Shown here in pieces: positions 38,710 through 48,685 of a stretch of DNA of 64,000 nucleotides. Under the pieces are notes generated by a model, which searched no databases, had not been told where the DNA came from, and was given only the letters and a program-made list of their open reading frames with translations. The number at the start of each line of letters is the position of its first letter. Positions within the stretch are counted from its first letter, which is position 1. A program made the translations under genes and the position numbers. The stretch spans positions 1 through 64,000 of the forward strand of contig JBIPSI010000016.1 of the NCBI GenBank assembly GCA_044070495.1. The letters are read 5' to 3'. This stretch comes from Spirulina sp. GTDB taxonomy: Bacteria > Cyanobacteriota > Cyanobacteriia > Phormidesmidales > Phormidesmidaceae.

Positions 38710-39915
38710 ATGACCGTCGCTCCTGTTTTGTCCAATTCTCGCCGCGATACCGCTTGGCCCTTTTGGCCCGTGGTGCCCCTCTATCCCTACGGTCAGCGCC
38801 CCACCCTGCGGACTGAGGTGGTGAAAGATACGGTGTGGACGTTTGACCAATTCCAGGGCATTTTTTACGTGGTGGTGCCCATTCGGATGACGGTAGTGCG
38901 GCTGGAACCCCGTGGGCTGTTGGTCTATGCCCCGGTGGCCCCCACGGCGGAATGTGTGCGCCTGCTGCGAGAACTGGAGGAACGCCACGGCCCGGTGCGG
39001 CACATCATTCTCTCGACGGTGACGGGGATTGAGCACAAAGTATTTGTTGGCCCCTTTGCCCGCCGCTTCCCCGCTGCCCAGGTGTACGTTACCCCCAACC
39101 AGTGGAGCTTCCCGCTCAATTTGCCCCTGCCCTGGCTGGGCCTGCCTGGTGATCGTACCCAGCTTTTGCCTGAGGATAGTTCCCGCCTGCCCTTTGCCGA
39201 CCAAGTGGATTGCGCCATTCTGCCCCCCATTCCCCTCGGCCTTGGCCCCTTTGGCGAAACCGCCTGCTTCCATCGCCCCAGCCGCACCCTGATGGTGACG
39301 GATGCCCTGGTGTCTATCCCCGCCGAGCCGCCTGCCATTGTGCAGATCAACCCCTTCCCGCTGCTGTTCCATGCCAAGGACAGTTCCGCCGATGCCATTG
39401 TGGATACGCCGGAAAATCGCCGCAAAGGATGGCAGCGCATCGCCCTGTTTGCCTTTTACTTTCGGCCCAGCACGTTGGAGGTGGCGACTACCGGGGCAAT
39501 GTTCCGCGAGGCCAAGCAAGCCCCGGATCGATCTCGCCAGAACTATTTCGGCCTTTATCCCTTCCGCTGGCAACCGGACTGGCCCGCTTCTTTCAGCGCC
39601 CTACATAACCAAGGGAAACTCTCCGTCGCCCCCATCCTCAAAACCCTGATTTTCAACCGAGGCCCAAGGGAAGTCATGGACTGGGCCAACCAGGTGTCCA
39701 CCTGGCAGTTTGAACGGGTGATTCCCGCCCATATGGATGCCCCCGTCGCCGCCAATCCCCAACAGTTCCTAGAAGCCTTCGACTTTTTGCAACCCGGAGC
39801 CGCCCCCCATTCCCCCATGACCGACGCCGACACCCAACTCCTGCGTGATATTGATGCAGGGCTGACCCAACGGGGCATCTCTCGCCCCAGCCAACTGCTA
39901 GGCCTCGATGGGTGA
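38710..39915 (+). CDS. DUF4336 family protein (long cyanobacterial type)
   Basis: WPFWPVVPLYPYG.RPT, PIRMTVVRL, EHKVFVGPFAR, IPAH. Confidence 0.88.
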   Translation: MTVAPVLSNSRRDTAWPFWPVVPLYPYGQRPTLRTEVVKDTVWTFDQFQGIFYVVVPIRMTVVRLEPRGLLVYAPVAPTAECVRLLRELEERHGPVRHIILSTVTGIEHKVFVGPFARRFPAAQVYVTPNQWSFPLNLPLPWLGLPGDRTQLLPEDSSRLPFADQVDCAILPPIPLGLGPFGETACFHRPSRTLMVTDALVSIPAEPPAIVQINPFPLLFHAKDSSADAIVDTPENRRKGWQRIALFAFYFRPSTLEVATTGAMFREAKQAPDRSRQNYFGLYPFRWQPDWPASFSALHNQGKLSVAPILKTLIFNRGPREVMDWANQVSTWQFERVIPAHMDAPVAANPQQFLEAFDFLQPGAAPHSPMTDADTQLLRDIDAGLTQRGISRPSQLLGLDG

Positions 39916-40357
39916 GGCGCGGTTGCTGCGCCCGATGCAGAATCCTGGGGAAGTCAACCGGGGTGTTCCGTCCCATCGGTGGGAAGCCATTGCAAAAACC
40001 CAGCGTCACTTTTGAATTCATCCGTTAGAATATCCGCAAGTTTTTGTCAGGAGGGGCATTTTTCGGTGTCAAGACCCCGCTACGCTGCGGCCAACGAGGT
40101 CTCTGGAAATCGTGCCAACAGGGCTTTCCGTTATGCGCTACTATTGGCTATCGCTCGGTGCGGGTGGAACGGCCATACCAGGTTTCATCGGCTGAGCTGT
40201 GAGGAGTCCTGTGGGCTAGGTTGTCCACTTCAATCAATTTCAATCCATAAGACCTGATGTGAAGCTGTGCAGAGGCTACTCTAAGTAGGCCCTGGCTTCC
40301 TGGGTTATTTTCATTTCGTTGCTCAGTATCTTTAGATTCGTTTTGGCTAGGTTGTCC

Positions 40358-41794
40358 ATGACATCTGTTCCCATGTCGTCGGGGTCGTCACCATCCTTTG
40401 AAGTCACTGGTAGCGCCGGGTTGCCAGAGGCTCCACCCGTGTTTGCCCTCAAGGAGTTGGTGGCGCGGCTACAGCGCGAGCAGTACAAAATTCAAGATTT
40501 GCTTAGTTCCCTGGGGTTTGCCCTCCGCAGCCTCAACAACCTGAACCAGTTTTTAGAGCTGATTCCCATGATTGCCAGCCGCGTTACCGATGCCGGGGGC
40601 GGGGCGCTGGTGCTGTTTCGGGCCGATGGCCAGGTGCGCCTAGAGCGGCTGCATTGCCAAAGCGAAGACCATTGCCAGAATGTGCGTTCGGCCCTAGAGG
40701 CAGCCACCCGCCAGGTGACGGCCAATTTGCAGCCCACCGCCGACAACAGCATCACCACCATGGCCCGCAACGCCATGGTTTCTCTAGATCACCAGGTAAA
40801 CCGCTACCTGGGCGACGAGTTTCAGCTCTTTGGCACCGCCATCATTGTGCAGAACGTGGAGCGGGGGCGGCTCTACGTCTTCAGCCGCGACCCCGACTAT
40901 GCCTGGACGGAAACCCGCCAAAAGCTGGTGCGTCTGGTAGCCGACCAAACCTCCGTGGCCATTGAAAACAACGAGCTAACCGTGGCCCTGCGGAAAAAAG
41001 AGCGCCTGGATCGGGAAATGGAAATTGGGGCGGAAATTCAGCTCCAACTGCTGCCCCGCGAATGTCCTAGCATTGCCGGGATGGACTTGGCCGCTAAGTG
41101 CAAAACCGCCCAGCGCGTCGGCGGCGACTACTACGACTTCATCCCCACCACCTACGACCAACTGCGCTATCCCGGCTCGGAGGTATCGGCGGCGGCTCCC
41201 TGGAGCTTGGCCATTGGCGATGTGATGGGAAAGGGGGTGCCCGCCGGGTTGATTATGACCATGATGCGGGGGATGTTGCGGGCGGAGGTGCTGAACGGCC
41301 ATTCCCCAGCCCAAATTTTGCAAAATCTCAACTTTGTGATGCACAGCGACCTGGAAAATTCCAACCGCTTCGTCACCCTGTTCTACGCCGAGTATGACCC
41401 CACCCGTCGGCTGTTGGCCTACGGCAATGCCGCCCACAATCCGCCCTTTTTGTGGAAAGCGGCGACGGGCACCATGACCCGCCTAGATACCGTGGGAATG
41501 CTGCTGGGGCTAGACATGACTACCCAGTATTACGAAGCCACCATGGAACTTCAGCCCGGAGACACCGTGATCTTCTACACCGATGGCTTCACGGAAGCGG
41601 CCAATGGGCGGGGCGAACGCTTTGAGGAGGAAAACCTAGAACGCGCTCTGCAATGGGCCTGCCGCAACTGCGCCACCGCCGACGAAATCCTCAACTACAC
41701 TTTCGACCTGCTGAATCGGTTCATTGGCCATGATCGCAGCAACGACGACGACATGACCCTAGTGGTGATGCGGGTGAAGCCCGACGCCGCCTGA
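40358..41794 (+). CDS. GAF + PP2C/SpoIIE (RsbU-like) phosphatase
   Basis: VGGDYYDF, IGDVMGKGVPAG, YTDGFTEA, DDMTLVV. Confidence 0.92.
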   Translation: MTSVPMSSGSSPSFEVTGSAGLPEAPPVFALKELVARLQREQYKIQDLLSSLGFALRSLNNLNQFLELIPMIASRVTDAGGGALVLFRADGQVRLERLHCQSEDHCQNVRSALEAATRQVTANLQPTADNSITTMARNAMVSLDHQVNRYLGDEFQLFGTAIIVQNVERGRLYVFSRDPDYAWTETRQKLVRLVADQTSVAIENNELTVALRKKERLDREMEIGAEIQLQLLPRECPSIAGMDLAAKCKTAQRVGGDYYDFIPTTYDQLRYPGSEVSAAAPWSLAIGDVMGKGVPAGLIMTMMRGMLRAEVLNGHSPAQILQNLNFVMHSDLENSNRFVTLFYAEYDPTRRLLAYGNAAHNPPFLWKAATGTMTRLDTVGMLLGLDMTTQYYEATMELQPGDTVIFYTDGFTEAANGRGERFEEENLERALQWACRNCATADEILNYTFDLLNRFIGHDRSNDDDMTLVVMRVKPDAA

Positions 41795-43548
41795 TGGGTT
41801 CTGGTTTAAGAATCAGAAGGATTTGGCCTACCGGATTCGCTGGGTTGGCCTTGGGGATTTGCCTGGGAATTGGCCTAGCGGTTGCGCCGAGCCTAGCCCA
41901 GGTGCCCGATCTGCCTCAGCCCCAGTGGTCTACCGTCGATCTCCGCCGCTACGACCTGCTTCAGTCCTATGATCTCGGCACCCTGTCCTTAACCCAAACC
42001 GGGGTGGAGCCAGAATGGGCCACCATGCCCGTGCCGCTAACCGGGGTGATTGGCCTACCCGCTGGCGATGACCCGGTGCCATGGGTGGTGCTGCTCCACG
42101 GTCGCCATGGGGGGTGTCACTTTGCGCTCAATCGCCCTAGCCAATGGCCCTGCGAGGATCCTGCCTACGACCAAGGCTTGGCCTACCTAGCCCAGGGTTT
42201 AGTCGAAGCGGGGTTTGGGGTAATCGTACCCAACCTCAATGCCGCCTTTTCCGCCACCTATGGGGCCACCCCTGAACGGCGAAACACCCTGGCGGATCAG
42301 CGCAGTCAGGCCATTATTGATGCCCACCTGACCCGGTTAGCCGCCGCCCATCGGGGGGAAGGTCCTGGTTTTGGGGCCGATCTCACCTCCCAGATCACCG
42401 ACCGAGTGGACTGGGAACGCCTGGGGATGGTGGGGCACTCCATGGGGGGCGGTGCAGCGGCGTTAAATGCCCTCACTCGGCAAGATCGAAACCGTCCGAC
42501 CCAAATCGCCAACGGCCTTGGCCCCGTTGCGGCGTTGATTCTGGTGGCCCCCACCCGCAGCCAGCCCCTCGCCCAGTGGGATGACCTTTACCAACTGCCC
42601 GACATCCCCACGGCCATCCTGCTCGGCGGCTGTGATCGCGACATCACCGATTTCAGCAGCCTCTACTACGCCGAAACCGCCCAGGAGGCCGACCGTACCA
42701 CCCCCGTGGCGGTGGTGATGCCCCTGGGGGCCAACCACAACTTTTTCAACGCCGCCGTCCGCGAAGACGACTACTACCGCCGCCCCGACCATACTGCCCT
42801 GTGCAACCCCCAGCAATCTCGCCAGCGCCTCTCGCGGGTGGCCCAAGAAACCTGGCTAACCCGCTACAGCCAAGCCTTTTTCGCCGTGATTTTTGAGCCT
42901 GAATCCGTCTCTGAAACGAACTTCGCCCTCGCGGCCCAGCAACCCGCCCCCGCCCAGATCGCCCAGGTATCCGTGATCAGCCATCTCGTTTGGCCAGCCG
43001 CCCAGCGTCACACTTTATTTGCTGCCCCAGCGTCCCCCATGCCTTGGCAGGGGGAAACCCGTCTTCGCTACGAAGCCAGCCCCAACCTCGATCTAACCCT
43101 ATGCCCCGCCTTTGCCCCCTGCGGCAACTTGCCCCGCCCCCAGCCCCAGTTCCCAAGTTTGCTGAGGCTCCGCTGGAGCACCCCCACCGAGGTTCTGCGA
43201 TTTCCCATTTCCAACGAGGATTTCCGGAATTTTAGCGCCCTACAACTGCGCCTAGCCGCCGACCCCAGCACCCCCAACCTCAGCCTAGCCATCATCTTGC
43301 GCGACCAAGCCGGACGGGCCGCCCGCGTGGAAATTCCGCCCAGCACCCCCGCCCTCTACACCTTCGATGCCCCCAACCGCTCAGCGGCCCTGCCCATCTA
43401 TCCCACCGCTGTCCGTATTCCCCTGGCCCAGTTCCATGGCGTGGATCTATCCGCCCTTGCCAGTCTCGACCTCGTACTAGACACAGCCCCCCAGGGCATC
43501 CTCTATCTGGATTCCATAGTGCTTCTGCAGGACGACCCGCAGGACTGA
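41794..43548 (+). CDS. Secreted alpha/beta hydrolase
   Basis: Signal peptide; LLHGRH, GHSMGG nucleophile elbow, CDRD, GANHNFFN. Confidence 0.8.
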   Translation: MGSGLRIRRIWPTGFAGLALGICLGIGLAVAPSLAQVPDLPQPQWSTVDLRRYDLLQSYDLGTLSLTQTGVEPEWATMPVPLTGVIGLPAGDDPVPWVVLLHGRHGGCHFALNRPSQWPCEDPAYDQGLAYLAQGLVEAGFGVIVPNLNAAFSATYGATPERRNTLADQRSQAIIDAHLTRLAAAHRGEGPGFGADLTSQITDRVDWERLGMVGHSMGGGAAALNALTRQDRNRPTQIANGLGPVAALILVAPTRSQPLAQWDDLYQLPDIPTAILLGGCDRDITDFSSLYYAETAQEADRTTPVAVVMPLGANHNFFNAAVREDDYYRRPDHTALCNPQQSRQRLSRVAQETWLTRYSQAFFAVIFEPESVSETNFALAAQQPAPAQIAQVSVISHLVWPAAQRHTLFAAPASPMPWQGETRLRYEASPNLDLTLCPAFAPCGNLPRPQPQFPSLLRLRWSTPTEVLRFPISNEDFRNFSALQLRLAADPSTPNLSLAIILRDQAGRAARVEIPPSTPALYTFDAPNRSAALPIYPTAVRIPLAQFHGVDLSALASLDLVLDTAPQGILYLDSIVLLQDDPQD

Positions 43549-43612
43549 CGAAAGATGATGTGGGCCGCGAATCCTCGAAACTTCGCCGCTGCCTAGGCTA
43601 AAATTGACAGCT

Positions 43613-44197
43613 ATGAATAGCGAACTCGACTACTCCCTTCCCCCCGCCGTACGCCGTATTGCCACCGCCTTTCGGTGGACGGGCTGGATCAGCTTTTGGA
43701 TTCAGGTGGTGTTGGCCACCGTATCTAGCCTTGTCCTGTTGTTTGCCTTAATCAGCATTGGGGCGCGGACATCGGTGGGTGGTGCCAATCCGGGAACAGG
43801 GGTCGGGGTGTTTCTGGCCCTAGCAGGGGTGGTGGCGGTCTATGTCAGTATTTACTGGGCCTTTCGCTATGCCCTGTTGGGTCGTCGTTTGCGTAGCCGC
43901 GATGCTAGCAAACGCCCCAGCCCCAAGGATGCCATCCAAGCCCTACGCATTGGCATCATCATCAGCATGGTGGGCATGTTGTTGACCCTGTTTGGGGGCC
44001 AAGCATTGATTGGATCGCTGCTGGGCAAGGCGCTGCTGCAACCCCAAGGCGGCACCGTTTTCATGCCCGGAAACATCAACCAATACGTAGAAGCCTTCGA
44101 TATTTTCATCGTTCAGGCCAATACCAACACGTTACTCGCCCATTTTGTTTCCCTATCGTCCACCCTCTGGCTACTACGCGTCGTCAATCGCGCCTAG
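43613..44197 (+). CDS. DUF3611 (Tic21/PIC1-like) membrane protein
   Basis: GWISFWIQVVL, DIFIVQANTNTLLAHF. Confidence 0.88.
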   Translation: MNSELDYSLPPAVRRIATAFRWTGWISFWIQVVLATVSSLVLLFALISIGARTSVGGANPGTGVGVFLALAGVVAVYVSIYWAFRYALLGRRLRSRDASKRPSPKDAIQALRIGIIISMVGMLLTLFGGQALIGSLLGKALLQPQGGTVFMPGNINQYVEAFDIFIVQANTNTLLAHFVSLSSTLWLLRVVNRA

Positions 44198-44244
44198 GAA
44201 CTCGGTAAGATAGGGGCGCAGGTTGTGAGGACAGGGCCACTGAA

Positions 44245-45474
44245 ATGATGGATGTGTTGGTCATTGGGGCTGGCCCCGCTGGGTTGTCGCTGGCGGCGGA
44301 GCTAGGGCAACGGGGGCTATCTGTGCAAGGCTTATCCCTCACCGATCCGGCGGATCCGCTGCCGAATACCTACGGCATTTGGGTGGATGAACTAGAGGAC
44401 ATTGGCCACACCGCATGGTTATCCCATCGCTGGAAAAACTGTGTGGTAGAAGTGCGGGGCCGGACATTGCCCCTGCGCCGGGAGTATGGCCTGATTGATC
44501 GGCAGCTTGTGCAAGCCCACTGGCTGACCACAGCGGAGAAGCATGGTGTGACCTGGCGGCGGGGAGCGGTGGCCCAAGCCCACACCACCGCCCAAGGCAC
44601 AGAATTGATCACCCAAGCCGGGGATACTCTATCGGCCCGCATCGTGGTGGATGCCACCGGACATCAGCCCGTTTTGGTGCAGCGACAGACCAAGGCCAAT
44701 GTGGCCTACCAGGCGGCCTACGGCATTGTGGGGCGCTTTTCCAAGCCTCCCATCGAAGCTCAGCAAATGGTGCTGATGGACTTCCAGGATGATCACCTGC
44801 CAAAACCCGAACGACAAACCTTCCCCACCTTTCTGTACGCCATGGATCTGGGGAACGACTGCTACTTTGTGGAAGAAACCTCCCTAGCCCACCATCCCGC
44901 CATTACCATGGACACCCTCAAGCAGCGGCTCTACCAGCGATTGCGCTACCGGGGGGTGGAGGTATCCGAAATTCACCACGAAGAGCACTGCCTGTTCCCC
45001 ATGAATCTGCCCCTGCCCGACCTGAACCAGCCTGTTGTGGGCTTTGGCGGCGCGGCCAGCATGGTTCATCCGGCCTCGGGCTATTTGTTTGGGGCCTTGC
45101 TGCGGCGAGGGCCAGTTCTCGCTGCCGCCATCGCCGCAGCCCTCGACCAACCCGACCTCACCACACCCCAGATCGCCCAGCGGGCCTGGAATGCCCTGTG
45201 GCCACCAGATCGCCTGCGTAAGCACTACCTCTACCTATTTGGGCTAGAAAACCTGATGGACTTCAGCCCCACCCAGATCAACCACTTTTTTGAAGCCTTC
45301 TTCCAGCTCGAAACAGAAGACTGGGCGGGCTTTCTGTCCGATGGGCTCTCCCTGCCTCAGGTGGTACAGTCCATGCTGGGCCTCTTTGGGCAGGCCTCCA
45401 ACGATGTGCGCTGGGGGCTGATGACCTCCGTGACCCGCCACGGTTCTCTGCTGCAACGGACGATCACGCTGTAG
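44245..45474 (+). CDS. crtL: CrtL-type lycopene cyclase
   Basis: DVLVIGAGPAG, NTYGIWVDE, YQAAYGI, TFLYAM, FVEETSL, GGAASMVHPASGY. Confidence 0.85.
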   Translation: MMDVLVIGAGPAGLSLAAELGQRGLSVQGLSLTDPADPLPNTYGIWVDELEDIGHTAWLSHRWKNCVVEVRGRTLPLRREYGLIDRQLVQAHWLTTAEKHGVTWRRGAVAQAHTTAQGTELITQAGDTLSARIVVDATGHQPVLVQRQTKANVAYQAAYGIVGRFSKPPIEAQQMVLMDFQDDHLPKPERQTFPTFLYAMDLGNDCYFVEETSLAHHPAITMDTLKQRLYQRLRYRGVEVSEIHHEEHCLFPMNLPLPDLNQPVVGFGGAASMVHPASGYLFGALLRRGPVLAAAIAAALDQPDLTTPQIAQRAWNALWPPDRLRKHYLYLFGLENLMDFSPTQINHFFEAFFQLETEDWAGFLSDGLSLPQVVQSMLGLFGQASNDVRWGLMTSVTRHGSLLQRTITL

Positions 45475-45502
45475 AAGTTGATTGGCCATTTGGGGGCACG
45501 CC

Positions 45503-47119
45503 ATGCTAACCAGTCTAATTTTGGTGCTCCTAGGTGGGTTTTTCGCCGGACAGTTGGCCGCCCGACTCAGAATTCCCGCCTTGGTGGGTATGATTGTCAT
45601 CGGTATTGTCCTGGGGCCACAGGGGCAAAACTGGCTCAGCGCAGACTTTATGGAGATTGCCGACCCCTGGCGCACCCTGGCGGTGATGGTGATTTTGATG
45701 AAGGCAGGGCTGGGGCTGGATGCCGAGAAACTGGCCCAGCAGGGGACGGTGGCCCTACGGTTGGGGTTTCTGCCTGCGGCGTGTGAAGCGGTGGTGATTG
45801 CCCTGGCGGCCACAGTGTTGCTGGGGTTCGACTTCGCCCATGGTCTGCTGCTGGGCTGCATCATTGGCGCAGAATCTCCGGCGGTGATTGTGCCTGCAAT
45901 GCTGCGGCTTAAGAGCCTGGGCTGGGGGGTGGCCAAGGGCATCCCAGACGCCATTTTGATGGGGAGTGCCCTTTCGGATGTACTGCTGCTGCTGGTGTTT
46001 AGCCTGCTGATGACGTTTCTTTCCCAGGGATCGGCTACGGGTTTTCGCTGGGGGATAATCTCCCTCAGCCCAGTGCAGGCCCTCCCCTTTCAAATGCTGG
46101 TGCAAATTAGCCTGGGGATTGTCATCGGCTGGGCCTGGGCGCAGATGTTGGTACTGCTGCTAGCTCGGCAAAACTGGGTGCAAAGCATCGTCCAGGAGGC
46201 CATGGTGGCGGCGAGTTTGGCCCTGCTGCTGGTGGTGCTGGCGGAAACCCTGCCGATTTTCTCCGGCTATCTGGCGGTGATGGCGACGGGATTTTTTTTG
46301 ATTGCCCTGGATGCCCCCCTGGCTCGACGGCTGCGCCATAGCTTTGATGGCCTGTGGGCGGTGGCGCAAATTGGGTTGTTTGTGTTGTTGGGGGCCAGCC
46401 TGCGGTTAGAAGTGCTGGGCAACACGGTGGCGGTAGGGCTGCTGCTGTTGGCCCTGGGAACCCTGGTGGGGCGGGGGCTGGGCTGGTGGCTCTCTACCCT
46501 GGGCAGCAATTGGACTTGGAAAGAGCGGCTGTTTCTGCTGCCGGGAAATTCGGCCAAGGCCACGGTGCAGGCCGCCATTGGGGCCGTTCCTCTATCCCTA
46601 GGGTTGGCCGGAGGAGAAACCATGTTAGCCATAGCGGCCCTTTCGATTTTGGTGACAGCCCCCCTGGGCGCTTGGGCCATTCCCACCTTTGCCCCCCGCC
46701 TGCTGGAACGGGGCGAGGTCGATCCGACTAAAGTTTCCGTGGCGCAGAAGGTCGTGATTTTGGCGGCGGTGGATACCTCTCCCTTGGCCCCCGTGGTGCT
46801 CACTAAGGCGGCGGAACTGGCCCGTCGCAGCGAAGGCGAGGTGATTGTCCTCCATGTGCCGCAGTGGGAGGATGCCCAGGCTGAGGCCCAAATCCAGGCC
46901 CAAGCCCAGCGCTACCTGGCCGACATTCGTCACCAGGTCTTGATTCAGCCCGGTGTGATTGCCGAAACCATCCTCGCCACCGCCCAGGCCCACGCGGCCA
47001 CGGAAATTCTGCTAGGCAAGCGCGGGCACCGTCCCCTGGCGGAGGTTATCCTTGGCTCCGTATCGCAAACCATCCTTGAAACCAGTCCTATTCCCGTGCT
47101 GGTGCTGGAAACCGTCTAG
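45503..47119 (+). CDS. Cation:proton antiporter (NHA/SLC9B-like) fused to a universal stress protein domain
   Basis: SPAVIVP, GVAKGIP, AKATVQAAIG; C-terminal ILAAVD...LGSVSQTILETSPIPVLV. Confidence 0.88.
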   Translation: MLTSLILVLLGGFFAGQLAARLRIPALVGMIVIGIVLGPQGQNWLSADFMEIADPWRTLAVMVILMKAGLGLDAEKLAQQGTVALRLGFLPAACEAVVIALAATVLLGFDFAHGLLLGCIIGAESPAVIVPAMLRLKSLGWGVAKGIPDAILMGSALSDVLLLLVFSLLMTFLSQGSATGFRWGIISLSPVQALPFQMLVQISLGIVIGWAWAQMLVLLLARQNWVQSIVQEAMVAASLALLLVVLAETLPIFSGYLAVMATGFFLIALDAPLARRLRHSFDGLWAVAQIGLFVLLGASLRLEVLGNTVAVGLLLLALGTLVGRGLGWWLSTLGSNWTWKERLFLLPGNSAKATVQAAIGAVPLSLGLAGGETMLAIAALSILVTAPLGAWAIPTFAPRLLERGEVDPTKVSVAQKVVILAAVDTSPLAPVVLTKAAELARRSEGEVIVLHVPQWEDAQAEAQIQAQAQRYLADIRHQVLIQPGVIAETILATAQAHAATEILLGKRGHRPLAEVILGSVSQTILETSPIPVLVLETV

Positions 47120-47295
47120 TACCCGATCCGACTTGGAAAACCTTGATTTCCGGCCTGAAAATTCTCGGCATGCCAAACCGTAGCGATGATCTCTTGGCCA
47201 TGCAACCCGCTCGTGCCTAGGGTTCTCCATCCCAGGGCGTCGCTAGCACCACGACTACAACAAAACTTTAAAGGAGCAAAAAAGTACCGCCCTGT

Positions 47296-47372
47296 GTAGG
47301 ATGTATTAGAGCTTGCTGTAATACCTAAAAGGCTTGTCCTACGTGGGTTACGCTGCATTAACCCACTGTCCT
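47296..47372. repeat. Degenerate REP-doublet-like hairpins
   Basis: GTAGGATGTATTA...TAATAC and GTGGGTTA...TAACCCAC hairpins. Confidence 0.45.
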
Positions 47373-47376
47373 GCCA

Positions 47377-48561
47377 ATGCCCCATAATCCCGTGCTGTTT
47401 GATGTGCTGAAAGATCGCCTGCGGCAAGCGCCCCAGGGTCGGATCACCTTTGCGGAATTTATGGATCTCGCCCTCTACGATCCGGCAGGGGGCTACTATG
47501 CCACCCAGGTTGCCGCCGTTGGCCCCCAGGGGGATTTTGTTACCTCGCCCCACCTCAGCCGCGATTTTGGCGAATTGTTGGCGGTGCAACTGGTGGAACT
47601 GTGGCATCACCTGGGCCAACCTGCGCCGTTTACCCTGGTGGAAATGGGGGCAGGACAGGGCATTATGGCCGCTGATGTATTAGCCTATCTGCAAAGCCAG
47701 TTTCAGGACTGTTTTGCCGTTCTAGACTACCGAATGGTAGAAAAATCCCCAGTATTGCGGCACATTCAGAAAAAACGGCTGGAAACCTGGTCAAATCAAG
47801 TAACCTGGTGCGATTGGGCCGACTTGGCGGCAAATTCGGTGACGGGCTGCTGTTTTTCCAACGAACTCGTCGATGCCTTGCCTGTACATCAGGTGATTCT
47901 GACCGAAACGGGGCTTCAGGAAATCTACGTCACCCTAGACGAGGAAAGCGGCACCCTCAAGGAAGTGAACGGCCCCCTATCCACCCCTCGCCTTGCGGCA
48001 TATTTTGACCTAGTGGGGATAGATTGGGCCAAGGGCTATCCCCTGGGCTACCGCACCGAGGCCCACCTGGCCGCCCTAGATTGGATCGCCACCGTGGCCC
48101 ATGTACTGCACCGGGGCTACCTGCTCACCATCGACTACGGCTACCCCGCCGAGCGCTACTACCACCCCAACCGCGCCCAGGGCACGCTGCAATGCTACTA
48201 CCAACATGCCCACCACAACGATCCCTACCGCTACCTGGGCCACCAAGATATCACTGCCCACGTCAATTTCACGGCCTTAGAACGGCAGGGAGAACAGTGC
48301 GGCCTCAGCACCCTGGGCCGCACCCAGCAGGCGATGTTTCTGATGTCTTTAGGATTAGGAGATCGCCTTATGGATCTCGCCAAAATCCAATCCACCGACC
48401 CCGCCATCGTCAACCAAGCCATCCAGCGCCGCGACCAAATTCATCAGCTCATGAATCCCATGGGATTAGGGAACTTTTGGGTGTTGCTCCAGGGCAAAAA
48501 CCTATCCCCAGCGGTCACGGCCCAATCTCTGCGCGGATTCACGATTCCGCCCCTGGCCTAG
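47377..48561 (+). CDS. SAM-dependent methyltransferase, MidA/NDUFAF7 family
   Basis: ITFAEFM.LALY..GGYY, GDFVTSP, VEMGAGQG, NELVDALP, QDITAHVNF. Confidence 0.92.
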   Translation: MPHNPVLFDVLKDRLRQAPQGRITFAEFMDLALYDPAGGYYATQVAAVGPQGDFVTSPHLSRDFGELLAVQLVELWHHLGQPAPFTLVEMGAGQGIMAADVLAYLQSQFQDCFAVLDYRMVEKSPVLRHIQKKRLETWSNQVTWCDWADLAANSVTGCCFSNELVDALPVHQVILTETGLQEIYVTLDEESGTLKEVNGPLSTPRLAAYFDLVGIDWAKGYPLGYRTEAHLAALDWIATVAHVLHRGYLLTIDYGYPAERYYHPNRAQGTLQCYYQHAHHNDPYRYLGHQDITAHVNFTALERQGEQCGLSTLGRTQQAMFLMSLGLGDRLMDLAKIQSTDPAIVNQAIQRRDQIHQLMNPMGLGNFWVLLQGKNLSPAVTAQSLRGFTIPPLA

Positions 48562-48685
48562 CGACGGTCAAAGCCAAGGGTTTTCGGCCCAGAATCCAAA
48601 GCTTTGTGTCTATCTCCGACCAGTTCGTAAAATTCCCCCTAGGTTAGGGAATGTTGGAGATGGTTCCCTTCACCCTTGGATAGCG

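Noticed and set aside
38665..39573. 302-aa minus-strand ORF and similar overlapping ORFs elsewhere
   Set aside because: Shadow ORFs of well-supported genes.
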